From assembly GCA_964016885.1 (NCBI GenBank), contig OZ024749.1:14508001-14572000 (forward strand): a DNA stretch of 64,000 bases, read 5' to 3'. The stretch is from Eledone cirrhosa. Its lineage: Eukaryota. Made by a program: the position numbers and the translations under genes. Of this stretch, positions 36,849 to 49,684 are shown in pieces; positions within the stretch are counted from its first letter, which is position 1, and the number at the start of each line of letters is the position of its first letter. The notes under the pieces are model-generated. The model searched no databases, had not been told where the DNA came from, and saw nothing but the letters and a program-made list of their open reading frames with translations.

Positions 36849-37507
36849 GATCAAATACAACGAAAACTTCTATTTCTATTTCAAACTCGCTTGCTGTTTC
36901 AAAACAAACTTACTTGAGAAATTTGTGTTTAGGTAAATTAATAGTTTGCATATGAGAAACCCTACAATTTATATTGATTACTAACACGTGGGTGTGATTA
37001 AAGATAAGAATGATATTCTAGTAATATATTTCTAGGATGTAATTACATAAATATTCAGCATATGACAGGATTAAATGTATGAGTAACTTTGGAGAAATAA
37101 CTATTTACAGGGACAAATATAGGGTTAGAACCCTGGACCTTGTGACTGAAAACCAAACTTCTGATTATTTATTTTTAGTAACTTATTTATCATCAAATTA
37201 TTTTGCCCTGCCCTGCCATGGGTGTGTAACCCCTGATTGAGTTACAGGGGCAGTCTTATTCAGTATCTCTTGAGTATTTTAGACTTGGTAGAGTCCATCC
37301 CTCTCCAAGCTTGAATATAGCCAATTTCTCCCCCCCCCCTCACTCCCCTCCAAAAATAAAAAAGAGAAAGAGTGAGAAAAGGGGGTATAAGAAAGAGATA
37401 TAGAGGGGAAATCAACCACAGTATTGAACTGTTAGTTTTATCTCTCAATCTTGAAAGGCAAGGATGACCTCAGGGAGATTTGAACATTGAGAGCAGAGAG
37501 CCAGAAC

Positions 37508-37920
37508 GAATATGCTCTAACGACTTTGTTAATTAGTGGTTACAAACCATACTACACATCTCTATATGAATAAGAAGCAATATGCTCTAACGACTTTGTT
37601 AATTAGTGGTTACAAACCATATTACACATCTCTATATGAATAAGAAGCAATATGCTCTAACGACTTTGTTAATTAGTGGTTACAAACCATACTACACATC
37701 TCTATATGAATAAGAAGCAATATGCTCTAACGACTTTGTTAATTAGTGGTTACAAACCATATTACACATCTCTATATGAATAAGAAGCAATATGCTCTAA
37801 CGACTTTTCTAATTAGCTGCTTCAAATTATTCTACACATCTTTATATGAATAAGAAAGAATATGCTCTAACGACCTTGCTAATTAGCGGCTACAAATTAT
37901 TCTACACATCTCCATATGAG
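37508..37920. repeat. 70-bp minisatellite (~6 copies)
   Basis: tatgctctaacgac recurs at 37511, 37581, 37651 and onward. Confidence 0.9.
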
Positions 37921-38137
37921 CAAGACACTGACACCTGACCCAACTTACCTCAAACGGGACAACCCGTCTAACCCATGCTAGTGTGGAAAATAGACATTAA
38001 ACGATGATGATGATAAATAACAATGAATATGCTCTAACGACTTTGCTAATTAGCAGCTTCAAATCATTCTCTGTATCTCTATATAACTAATTAAGCCTTC
38101 TTCCCCTTTCAAAATGGTTTGATCCCTGTATTTCCAG

Positions 38138-38250
38138 AAAAGAAGATTCTGAACGGATATTTACAGATGCTGGGGAACTGGAATTGACGTCAACAGGTTA
38201 CGCCTGGCTGGTTACAGAACAGTCATTACAAGCACCAAACATACCAGTAG
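38138..38250 (+). CDS. GRIN1: NMDA receptor NR1 subunit exon (ATD): KEDSERIFTDAGELELTSTGYAWLVTEQSLQAPNIPV
   Basis: tttccag|...|gtaagt, phase 2 to 1. Resembles GluN1 [25 protein letters not shown]. Confidence 0.88.
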
Positions 38251-38264
38251 GTAAGTGGTACTTA

Positions 38265-40735
38265 ACACACACCATACCATTGATACAGTGGTACCTATAC
38301 ACACACCATACCATTGGTACAGAGGTAGCTATATATACCATACCATTGGTACAGTAGTAGCTATATATACCATACCATTGGTACAGTAGTATCTATATAT
38401 ACCATACCATTGGTACAGTGGTAGCTATATATACCATACCATTGGTACAGTAGTATCTATATATACCATACCATTGGTACAGTGGTAGCTATATATACCA
38501 TACCATTGGTACAGTGGTAGCTATATATACATACCATTGGTATAGTGGTATCTATATATACCATACCATTGGTATAGTGGTATCTATATATACCATACCA
38601 TTGGTATAGTGGTATCTATATATACTATACCATTGGTACAGTGGTAGCTATATATACCATACCATTGGTACAGTAGTATCTATATATACCATACCATTGG
38701 TATAGTGGTATCTATATATACTATACCATTGGTACAGTAGTAGCTATATATACCATACCATTGGTACAGAGGTAGCTATATATACCATACCATTGGTACA
38801 GTGGTAGCTATATGTACTATACCATTGGTACAGTAGTAGCTATATATACTATACCATTGGTACAGTAGTAGCTATATATACCATACCATTGGTACAGTGG
38901 TAGCTATATGTACTATACCATTGGTACAGTAGTAGCTATATATACATACCATTGGTATAGTAGTATCTATATATACCATACCATTGGTACAGTAGTATCT
39001 ATATATACCATACCATTGGTACAGTAGTATCTATATATACCATACCATTGGTATAGTGATATCTATATATACTATACCATTGGTACAGTAGAATCTATAT
39101 ATACCATACCATTGGTACAGTAGTATCTATATATACCATACCATTGGTATAGTGGTATCTATATATACTATACCATTGGTACAGTAGAATCTATATATAC
39201 CATACCATTGGTACAGTAGTAGCTATATATACCATACCATTGGTACAGTGGTAGCTATATATACTATACCATTGGTACAGTAGTAGCTATATATACATAC
39301 CATTGGTACAGTAGTATCTATATATACCATACCATTGGTATAGTGGTATCTATATATACTATACCATTGGTACAGTAGAATCTATATATACCATACCATT
39401 GGTACAGTAGTAGCTATATATACCATACCATTGGTACAGTGGTAGCTATATATACTATACCATTGGTACAGTAGTAGCTATATATACATACCATTGGTAC
39501 AGTAGTATCTATATATACCATACCATTGGTATAGTGGTATCTATATATACTATACCATTGGTACAGTAGAATCTATATATACCATACCATTGGTACAGTA
39601 GTAGCTATATATACCATACCATTGGTACAGTGGTAGCTATATATACTATACCATTGGTACAGTAGTAGCTATATATACATACCATTGGTACAGTAGTATC
39701 TATATATACCATACCATTGGTACAGTAGTATCTATATATACTATACCATTGGTACAGTAGTAGCTATATATACTATACCATTGGTACAGTAGTAGCTATA
39801 TATACTATACCATTGGTACAGTAGTAGCTATATATACTATACCATTGGTACAGTAGTAGCTATATATACTATACCATTGGTACAGTAGTAGCTATATATA
39901 CTATACCATTGGTACAGTAGTATCTATATATACTATACCATTGGTACAGTAGTAGCTATATATACCATACCATTGGTACAGTAGTAGCTATATATACCAT
40001 ACCATTGGTACAGTAGTATCTATATATACCATACCATTGGTATAGTGGTATCTATATATACTATACCATTGGTACAGTAGTAGCTATATATACTATACCA
40101 TTGGTACAGTAGTAGCTATATATACTATACCATTGGTACAGTAGTATCTATATATACTATACCATTGGTATAGTGGTATCTATATATACTATACCATTGG
40201 TACAGTAGTAGCTATATATACTATACCATTGGTACAGTAGTAGCTATATATACTATACCATTGGTACAGTAGTAGCTATATATACTATACCATTGGTACA
40301 GTAGTAGCTATATATACCATACCATTGGTACAGTAGTAGCTATATATACTATACCATTGGTACAGTAGTAGCTATATATACCATACCATTGGTACAGTAG
40401 TAGCTATATATACCATACCATTGGTACAGTAGTAGCTATATATACTATACCATTGGTACAGTAGTAGCTATATATACCATACCATTGGTACAGTAGTAGC
40501 TATATATACTATACCATTGGTACAGTAGTATCTATATATACTATACCATTGGTACAGTAGTATCTATATATACTATACCATTGGTACAGTAGTAGCTATA
40601 TATACCATACCATTGGTACAGTAGTAGCTATATATACTATACCATTGGTACAGTAGTATCTATATATACATACCATACCATTGGTACAGTAGTATTTATA
40701 TATACATACCATACCATTGGTACAGTAGTACCTAC
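38265..40735. repeat. 32-bp minisatellite (~77 copies)
   Basis: Unit taccattggtacagtagtagctatatatacca. Confidence 0.95.
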
Positions 40736-40795
40736 ACATGCAATACCATCACTACACTTTTGTGATACCATTTCTATAGTTGGATAAAAAGCATA

Positions 40796-41022
40796 TTAAC
40801 CCTTTAACATTTGCATTACTTTATACTTACTATTGTATTTTCATGGTAAAGGCTTTATTTTACATAATTATCTCATAACATCGAATCTACGAGATTTTGA
40901 TGTTATTTATTTTGAGAATAATACCTTAATGTCAGTATGAGTGGCCAGTTACAGCTGGTTGGAACAGAAAGAGGTGAGAGAGTTCTGGCTGGATACCGCC
41001 GGTTTAAATGCTAAAGGGTTAA
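40796..41022. mobile_element. piggyBac-like MITE, intact
   Basis: TTAA-ccctttaacattt ... aaatgctaaaggg-TTAA. Confidence 0.85.
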
Positions 41023-41255
41023 TAATAGCTAGGGTTGGTAAGTAAACCACCACCACCACCATCCTCTTCACCACCGCCGCCATCCCCTTCACCACCACCG
41101 CCGCGATCCCCTTCGCCACCACCGCCGCGATCCCCTTCACCACCTCCACCATCCTCTTCACCACCACCACCGCCACCACCACCACCATCCCCATTCACCC
41201 CCCCCCCCTTCACCACCACCGCCCTCACCACCTTCTCTATGTTGTTCCATTCCAG

Positions 41256-41430
41256 GTACATTAGCTACACAACTAATAAATGGCACAAACGAGGCAGCTC
41301 ACATCCAAGACAGTATATCACTTATCTCACAAGCATTTCTTCGTCTTCGTAAGGAGACTAATATATCGGAACCTCTCAACCAATGCACTGAAATGAATAT
41401 GCCATGGTATGAAGGAAAGACAATCCTACA
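41256..41430 (+). CDS. GRIN1: NR1 exon (ATD): GTLATQLINGTNEAAHIQDSISLISQAFLRLRKETNISEPLNQCTEMNMPWYEGKTILQ
   Basis: ttccag|...|gtgagt, 175 bp, phase 1 to 2. Matches GluN1 [21 protein letters not shown]. Confidence 0.92.
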
Positions 41431-41471
41431 GTGAGTAGTAGCACCTTCCTTCCTTCCTTCCACACACTCTC

Positions 41472-41522
<51 letters not shown>

Positions 41523-41552
41523 AGATCAAAAGATGGTTAAAAGAGTTCCAAG

Positions 41553-41623
41553 TATTTTATTATGCGCATTTCAAAAACAAATATCATCATGGGATGATAT
41601 CTACATTCTCATCAGATAAAATA
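41553..41623 (-). ncRNA. Type-I hammerhead ribozyme motif
   Basis: Minus strand: tattttat-CTGATGA-..agatatcatc/gatgatattt..-GAAA-tgcgca-TA-ataaaata. Perfect 8-bp stem I and palindromic stem III. Confidence 0.82.
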
Positions 41624-42032
41624 GGGAGACATGGTATGAAGCTTAAAAACACTTGTGAGCAGTGAAGTTTTAAATCAGCATATGAAAAATACACTAAGAT
41701 GGATATAAGAGATTTGGAAAAAAATGAGAGGGGGGAGGGTAGGAAAAGGTGAGGAAGAAATAAGAGTAAAGGATGGTGGGGGAGGAGTATAGAAAGAAGA
41801 ATGAGAGAGGAGGAGAAATGGGTTATAGAGAAAGAGAGATAGCCTTTACAACTGAGAAAATATTGTCTCACAGAGAGAAATTAAAAAACTGTTGGAAGAT
41901 AATAGATAATTTAAAATATTTTGAAATTAAAAGTTAATGAGGTTTATACATGAATTAAAAGGAATTAAGAATCGTATTAAATTAAGGTTTGTATATTGAA
42001 GGGTTTAATAATATATATATGATAATAATAAC

Positions 42033-42440
42033 AATTGTTTCTACTTTTGGCACAAGGTCAACAATTATCCCAGTGTATTACTGGTACTTTATTTTATCGA
42101 CCCCGTAAGGCAAAGTTAACCGCGGCTGGATTTGAACTCAGAATGGCAAGGGCCGTAACTATGCGTCAAAGCATGACATCCAACCCTCTACCGATACTGC
42201 CAATCCACCTATATATATGATAATAATAATAATGGTTTCTTATATAGGCACAAGGCCATGAATTTTGGGAGAGGGGAAAGGCGATTAAATCGACCCCAGT
42301 TTGTGACTGGTACTTTGTTTTATTGACCCTGTAAGGATGAAAGGCAAAGTTAACCTCGGCATATTTGAACTCGGAACGTAAAGGGCCATAACTCTATGTT
42401 TCAAAGCATGGTGTCTGATGCTCTAGTGATACTGCCAATA
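42033..42440 (-). mobile_element. Two tandem SINE family A copies
   Basis: Copies at 42033-42210 and 42230-42440. Confidence 0.85.
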
Positions 42441-42482
42441 ATAATAAACTAGTAAGATGGTTATGTTAGTCCATCCCTATTT

Positions 42483-42555
42483 ATTTTATTATACATATTT
42501 CGAAGAAGTATGGCTTTTGTATAACATCTGTCAACATGTTCTCTTCAGATAAAAT
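42483..42555 (-). ncRNA. Type-I hammerhead motif in the 3' pseudo-LTR of Penelope element 3
   Basis: Minus strand: attttat-CTGAAGA-gaa...ttc-GAAA-tatgta-TA-ataaaat. Confidence 0.75.
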
Positions 42556-42899
42556 CCACAGATGTAAATATCCGTTGATATTCAGCCAGCCATACGAGTT
42601 ATTCACTTCAGAGATTGGCCAGCATATGCCTGGAAAGACTTGACGCAAATATATCTTACAGTTGGTGTTGCTGTTTTTGGCCTGGCTGGGGTACCTTGTT
42701 ACCGGATTGGTCAATTAGTTCAAAGGGAATCATGTATGGACTGTTAGTCTATTTTTTCTTTTTATGCTAGATTCAATTCATTTAGATACTATTCCAAATT
42801 TTAGATATTTATCCATATATGGTGAAGTTATAATGTAACTAAATACAAAAGAATTTTGATTTACTTATTTCATAGTCTATTTAACTTTATTTACGTTTA

Positions 42900-43323
42900 A
42901 CTAAATACCCTATGAAAAGTCTTGTTGATTTTGTGCAGTCAAGAACTAAACATTTCTGAGCGTTTATTTATAATTTTATGTCTATTGTTTGTGATGTAGA
43001 GAATCTCAGTGGTACAGAGATCACATCCTTTAGATATAGAAGCATTAGTGTATGGAAAAGTGTGTGAGAGTTTTTGCCAAGAAATGGAGTATTCAACATT
43101 ATTATTTTTCAGTGACCAAATCAGTTCTACTACATCTTTTATCTTCTCTTTTAAATGAATGGCGATGGTTGTACCACCTTTCCTTAAATCTAGTGGAAGT
43201 TGCACCAATATAGCTGTAAGACTTACTACTAGTTTTTACTTTGCATTCATAAACACTATTATTATCTAGACAGTTATTATTCAGTGGACAAGGACAAATA
43301 TTACGATTTTTACACCGCATTCG
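42900..43323 (-). mobile_element. Penelope-like element 3, GIY-YIG fragment, frameshifted
   Basis: CKNRNICPCPLNNNC..SVY..YIGATSTRFKERWYNH / LIWSLK..CDLCTTE, homologous to the C-terminus of element 1. Confidence 0.88.
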
Positions 43324-43752
43324 ATTGCATAGAATTAGTCTGTTAATTGGGATTTTAAAAAACCCTCTGAGTGGAAAAAAGATGAGTGTCTATGGTTATG
43401 TAGCTTCTAATTGGAGGGAAGCATGGGTGCCGTGTTGGTGTAATGGTAACACATTGATCCGGCAAACCAAAGATGTGGGTTTGTGTCCCATGTATGTCAA
43501 TACGCAATTCTTCAAATCTAAGAGAAATGGAACAAGATAGAATACATACTGTTTCTAAAGTTGAGTCAGAATGGTGATATAACATCATGTGAAGTGTTAC
43601 AGATTCTTGAATAATTGGTGGTTCCAATAATAATTCTTCCCCATATGAAATCATGTAGGAAGATCTATATATAAGCGAAGTTAGATAAAAACATATTTTC
43701 GTCTATCTTGTTTATACTCTCAAAATTTGGGGTATATATATCCCTCCCAGTG

Positions 43753-43785
<33 letters not shown>

Positions 43786-43822
43786 TTGAAAGAGGAGTAA
43801 AGGTCTATACAAAACAGAGGTT

Positions 43823-44250
43823 ATAGAGAAAAAGTAGGATTAGAAACAGCATGGAAAATATATTTAAAGAATCTGTTTTTCTTTTTTCTTCTTTGATCCT
43901 TCAAAGTGACATTATTGAAAAAATGAAAAGAATTTTTTTTTAAAAAAGGAGTTTTATAAAGTATATAAAATATAACCGGTTTTGATGTAATCCATCTTAT
44001 CAAATATTAAATATAATCTTTTTTGTTGGGAGGAAGACTTCCTCCCAACACTTAATTTTTAATATTTAATTCTTTTTTAATTGTAATATTTAATATTTGA
44101 TAAGAGGGATTACATCAAAACCGGTTATACTTTATGAAACCCCCCTTTTTTTTAAATTGTTCTTTTCATTTTTTCAATAATGTCACTTTGAAGGATCAAA
44201 GAAGAAAAACAGATTCTTTAAATATATTTCCGTTTCCAATCCTTCTCTCT
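43823..44250. repeat. ~430-bp foldback (long inverted repeat), probable MITE
   Basis: Arms of ~190 bp (e.g. ctttgatccttcaaagtgacattattgaaaaaatgaaaag and its reverse complement), central hairpin tgttgggaggaag-a-cttcctcccaaca. Confidence 0.9.
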
Positions 44251-44315
44251 CTCTCTCTGTGTATATATATCCCAGTGACAATCTATATATCTCTCTATAT
44301 CTGTTTCTAATCTAG

Positions 44316-44460
44316 GTACCTAAAGACTGGCTACCTAGAAGATGGTGTAACAGGCCAGGTCAGTTTTGATCTTGATGGTGACAGAAAGAACCCAGTTTAT
44401 AATATAATGAATGTACAACCCACCAGGACTGTAGCTGTTGGTATTTATGGCAGTATAAAG
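44316..44460 (+). CDS. GRIN1: NR1 exon (ATD): YLKTGYLEDGVTGQVSFDLDGDRKNPVYNIMNVQPTRTVAVGIYGSIK
   Basis: tctag|...|gtcagt, 145 bp, phase 2 to 0. Matches GluN1 [26 protein letters not shown]..VGIY. Confidence 0.95.
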
Positions 44461-44532
44461 GTCAGTGGAACAGCTACTACTACTATCAATATACTACCTC
44501 TATTACTACTACTCTTATTAGTAGTACTACTT

Positions 44533-44563
<31 letters not shown>

Positions 44564-44639
44564 AATCAACAGCTATTTTACACTACGGTGTTGTGTTTTG
44601 TGTGTATTAAATTAATAGAAGAGGTCATTCAATTAATCA

Positions 44640-44995
44640 AACAACTAGAAAACTCATTGTTCATTTTTTTGAAGGGCTAGATTATGACACATAGTTGACA
44701 TTTTTTTTCTGTGTTGACCGCAATTGACCATTTCTCTGATCGACCAAGTTAATTCAAAATGACCCATTAGTCATTCGTTTGAAGGGGGGTCAGATTATCA
44801 CATTTAGTTGACTACAATTTTCCGTTTTCCTGATTGACCATAGCTAATTGAAACTTTTCCAATTCAAAAATAAATTCATTTGACATTTGTTTGAAGGATT
44901 AGGGCTAACTTCTGACATTTAATTGACCATTTCTTTCTATGTGTTGACCACAATTGACCGTTTTCCTGATTTACCTCTGCTAATTGAAACTTACT
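44640..44995. repeat. Degenerate ~110-bp tandem repeat (3 copies)
   Basis: Recurring ttgaagg..acat..agttgac..caattgacc motifs. Confidence 0.55.
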
Positions 44996-45011
44996 ATTTC
45001 ATATTGGCCAG

Positions 45012-45122
45012 AAATCCCAGCCAGGAGAAAATCCTTTGGCTATGGCAGAGAACATCAACATTGTGTGGCCAGGAAACACATACAAACAACCAGAAGGACT
45101 GAGGAAAACCACCCACTTAAAG
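45012..45122 (+). CDS. GRIN1: NR1 exon (ATD-S1 linker): KSQPGENPLAMAENINIVWPGNTYKQPEGLRKTTHLK
   Basis: ggccag|...|gtcagt, phase 0 to 0. Matches GluN1 [21 protein letters not shown]. An in-frame alternative acceptor (start 45021) is possible. Confidence 0.9.
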
Positions 45123-45877
45123 GTCAGTTCAACATCTAATGATCAATCTATTGACAAGGGGGTTTTATAGCCAAAATATTGTAATATTTGTTTAGATGAT
45201 TTTTCTATCTTTTATTCCCAGCTTGCACTTTAGTTGATTTTTACGTGAATGTGTGTATATATATATGTTTCTATTTTTACTCCTGAAGAAGGGCTTAAGC
45301 CCAACACACTAAACTTGCTTTCCTCTTTCTAATATATAATATAAAACCTGAAACTAAGACTTTTTTGTACCTCTGTTTGGTGTCTCCTTGAACTATATAT
45401 ATATATATATATATATATTGTTGATAATAGGAAAGTTTTGCAACCATAGAAAGCTTGGCAAACTAAGGGTTTGGGGGATCCTTCAATTGTATCAAAGACA
45501 TGACAACCTCTCTTGTGCTAGTGTCACGATAAAATTCACTCAGTAGATCATGAATTCATTTTTAAATGAGATACAAACCACCTGCCTGTCTGGGAGGTCA
45601 GTAGCCTTGCTTGAGTACTGACATGGTCTGTGAAGACATTTCCATGACTTCCTAACTGAGAAAACTTCCACTAAGTGGTGGTGGTTGTATGTGTGTCGGG
45701 GGGGGGGGTTACATCCATACATTTTCACACATATATGTGTGTATATATAATAATAATGAAAATTGTGTATATTGCTCAGGTGCACTACAACTCATCTGAT
45801 GTAGAAATGTCAGGAAAGTGACAGTGTATGAGACATGATATACGCACAGATACATGTGTGTGTTTGGGGGAGGAATA

Positions 45878-46110
45878 TCAGGTGTAGTGTTGGTGAATTT
45901 CGGGAAGCATGGACCTTTTGAAGGATGCAGTGTCCTGACAGCTAACAACTGATGCAGGTAGTTTGTTCCATGCTTCAGCAACTCTGAGCATTAAAAAAAT
46001 GTTTCCGAAAGTCATGGGAGCTGTACTGTTTTCTGAATTTGTAAGCATCCCCATGAGTGTAAGACACATGGAATTCAAAAAGGTACTCAGGGTTGTTGTT
46101 GGCAAGATGG
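45878..46110 (-). mobile_element. CR1-clade LINE 3' fragment
   Basis: THGDAYKFRKQYSSHDFRKHFF / LRVAEAWNKLPASVVSCQDTASFKRSM. Confidence 0.8.
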
Positions 46111-46861
46111 TTAGTAATATATATATACATATTTATTTACCTTTCATCCATTCGAGATCGATAAAAAAACTACCAGTCTAATACTGAGGTCAATTCTTCC
46201 TCTATACCTCTTTCTCACTTTCTCTGGGAGAAATCTGCTGTACTCAGGCCTGGATAGGAAATGGGCTCTACCAGGTTGTTTTAAAATGCCCAAGAAATGC
46301 TGTTTGTCAATATGGTGTCTCTATGACTCCCTGGGAGTTACAAGTCCATAACATACAAGGTTACTAACAAACTGCATGGTTTTGAGTTCGATACCACTAT
46401 GAATTACCTTGAGATGGGGCCAAATATCAACTACCTTACACTAAATTTGGTAAACAGAGACTGTGTAGAAGCCCGTCAATAGGACCGACCTAACCTCTTC
46501 TTGGGAGGTAAATTATATATATCCATTGTCAAATTGTGTAGCACTTCATGCCTCTTGGGTAACGTTGGTGAAGTGTACACTTCATTGCAAGCTTTAGGGA
46601 CCTCCCCCATCCCCAACACACACACAGGGTCTCCCGTTTAATAATAACTTTCTACCAGTTTCAGAGATATTAAAAAGTGTAATTGGGTTAAGAACAATTA
46701 TAACCAGGCGAAGACGTAAAAAAAAAAAAAAATGTTAGTATATCCTTAGTTATTTCCCTTTGATAAGTAAGTAATTTGTGGTTTGTTAGTTATCTCCCGT
46801 GTTTTGAACTAGTGATATATTCTGTAGAACGTAACATACCAAACTACTTACATTTTTAATA

Positions 46862-47262
46862 ATAATAATGGTTTCTGCATTTGGCACAAGGCCAGCAATT
46901 TTAGGGAGGAGAAAGTAGATTAAATTGACCCCAGTACATTACTGGTGCTTTATTTTATCGACCCTGTAAGGATGAAAGGCAAAGCTAACCTCGGCGGGAT
47001 TTGAGCAAAGAATGTAAAGAGATGTAACTCTATGCTGCAAAGATAATAATAATAATAGTTTCTGATTTAGACACAAGGCCAGCAATTTTGGGGGAGGGGA
47101 AAGTCGATTAAATTGACCCCAGTGCGTTACTGGTACTTTATTTATCAACCCCTTAAGGATGAACAGTAAAGCTAACCTCGACGGGGTTTGAACAAAGAAT
47201 GTAAAGAGACGTAACTCTATGCTAAAAAGCTTGTTGTCTGACGCTCTACTAATTCTGCCAAT
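46862..47262 (-). mobile_element. Two tandem SINE family A copies
   Basis: Copies at 46862-47040 and 47050-47262. Confidence 0.85.
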
Positions 47263-47453
47263 CAACAACAGCAATAACAACAACGGTGAATTATCAATAA
47301 TTCATCAAATTCTGTAGGTAATAACACCTTTCTCACTCTGTCACCATTACACCAGGTCGTCTGTTGTTGTACCACCTCTCTCTATCCCACCAAGTGGTCT
47401 GTTGTGGTGCTGGTTGTTGTTGTCATACCATCTTTCTCACTTTCTATCTATCC

Positions 47454-47500
<47 letters not shown>

Positions 47501-47691
47501 AATTTATTAAATCTAGCTGTCGTCTGTTCTACAGTGTGGATGTAATTCACTTCGCGCAGAAGTTTTGTTCAAATTTATGGCGGAAATTTTGTGAGTTCAA
47601 ATTTAATTTTGATACTATTGTGTAGCTTGTCAGGCGGTGGGTCAGCTCATCTTTACCCCTCCTAGAGGTGAAAAACCTGTTTTAAAAAATT

Positions 47692-49651
47692 TTGTGGCAA
47701 AAAAATTTCAATCGTCTGACAGAAATGTTAAACGAAGCAAACGAAAATAGTGGTGGGGGGACAGCGGTAAGAGTTGTAAGCTCGCACGCTTTAGTCCCCT
47801 CTTCCTTCCCAACTAACGTCATAGAGAAGGAAGGAAAAAATAAAATAAAAACAGACGAATCTGCGGAGAAAAATGACGAAAACACAAATCTGGACATGGA
47901 TTCCAACAACGAAAAAAAAAATTTTGAAAAATTGCATGACAATACTAATACCACAAACAAAGACACAACAAACACAAAAATAACATTTGAAAATAACACC
48001 ATAACAGAAAGCAAAGCAGACGACAGAGTCAACAAGATTTCATTTGCACAAACAACAAAGAAATCTTTGACATATATACCTGAAAATATTTCAGATGTGG
48101 CACGAAGAATCACAGACGCCAAACAATACATAAGTGAAGGAGAGAATGGTATTTTATCGGTAAAAATGCCTCAAGAACTCACCAAAGACATTGAAAGTCG
48201 AACGGTCGTGTTCCGCACCATCAACAACACTTCAAAAAAACCTAAACAGCCAACTCAGGCAGATATCAAAACAGTACTCACAGAAGTACTTAATGAAACC
48301 ACTTTCATAAGAAAAGACAGACTGTATGGAAGCCTAGCAATTATTATGAAGAACGAATCGGCGGCAAAAAAATGTGCTTTGTCACCGATTCGTTCGAAAA
48401 ATTTTACCTTTTATCCATCTTATATGGGTAAAAGAACTCAACGCATATGGCTGGATGCAATGATGCCAGATGTGGACTACTGCTGGCTCATAGCTGGCTT
48501 CATCGATCCAGTGAATGACAACGTGATTTCCATTGGGAAAACCACAGGCAATGCATTCAGTGGAACAGGTATAGAGCTGGTAGTGCAAATGAAGCCTGAA
48601 CGCATCGCCCAAATACCCGACAGAATCCTATTAGAGGGCCACGGGTATATAAACATTAGCGTGGAGGGGAGAAGGCCATCCTGTCATATCTGTGCAGGCA
48701 GAGGGCACCTGAAGGCCGCTTGTCCCCAACTCAACAAAAAGAAAACCCTGCTACCAACACCAGCTCCACCACCACCACCTCCACCACCACCACCACAACA
48801 GATAAACAAACAACAAAACTCAGTCCCATCCAACCCGTCCCTCAGTAAAACTACACCACCACCACAACACAAACAGTCACAACACATTACCCCAAAACAA
48901 AATACAGGCCCACCCAACCCCTCACTCAATAAAACAACACAACCACCGCAGACACAACACACAACACACAACACAGTCTAACATAGTGACATCCATCTCC
49001 CTCACAAAGAAAACCAACACGGAAACATTACCAGCAAACATACCTCTTCCCTCCAACACTGAAGATAACCCAACGAATTCGGAGGAAGAAACGGAGTCCT
49101 TCAGACAGATTAAAAGGAAAAAAAGAAAACATGTGCAAAACACACAAGGCCAAACAACCCCCACCCAAATCTCAACACAATCCAACAAAACAGAAAACAC
49201 CCCTCCAGCAACAAACAAAACAAAACCTGCCCCTCCCCTCTTCGAAACACTCACACCATCCGAAAAAAAGACATTACACTATACTTACATCAACAGAAAC
49301 AATAATAAATTAAATGAACTCATATACAATAATCCTTCGGTACAAACCGAAGGTGTAAACTTTGTTTCTTCAGAAAACTACCCACATTTAAAATTAATAA
49401 AGATCCCAATGAACCTCTACCAAAAACTAAAAAAGGATTTTAAGGAGGACGTAGGACCACCCTCTGTCAAACCCATAAACCGCGTCCTACTAAAAAGCTT
49501 TCCCCCTCCCCTTCCCCTCCCCAACACAACTCCAAACACCCCAACCCCACCACACACTGACGACCCCACACCACCACAAGACACCCCTTCATCCAACACC
49601 CCCGACCCCATGGAAGTCGTGCGACCCGAACCCCGGGAAGCGGCAAGGTAG
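47692..49651 (+). pseudogene. LINE ORF1 (gag-like, CCHC knuckle), one frameshift near 48980
   Basis: CHICAGRGHLKAAC = CX2CX4HX4C. Pro/Thr-rich C-terminus split over two frames. Confidence 0.85.
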
Positions 49652-49684
49652 GTCTCTACACTCTCCTTTGGCTCTGCCGCCCAC

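Noticed and set aside
43428-43500. tRNA-like sequence (similar heads near 20110 and 46350)
   Set aside because: Degenerate T-arm and acceptor stem. More likely a SINE head than a functional tRNA.
45280-45360. Hammerhead-like CTGAAGA-agggcttaagccc
   Set aside because: No properly placed GAAA/UH/stem I'. At best a deleted remnant.
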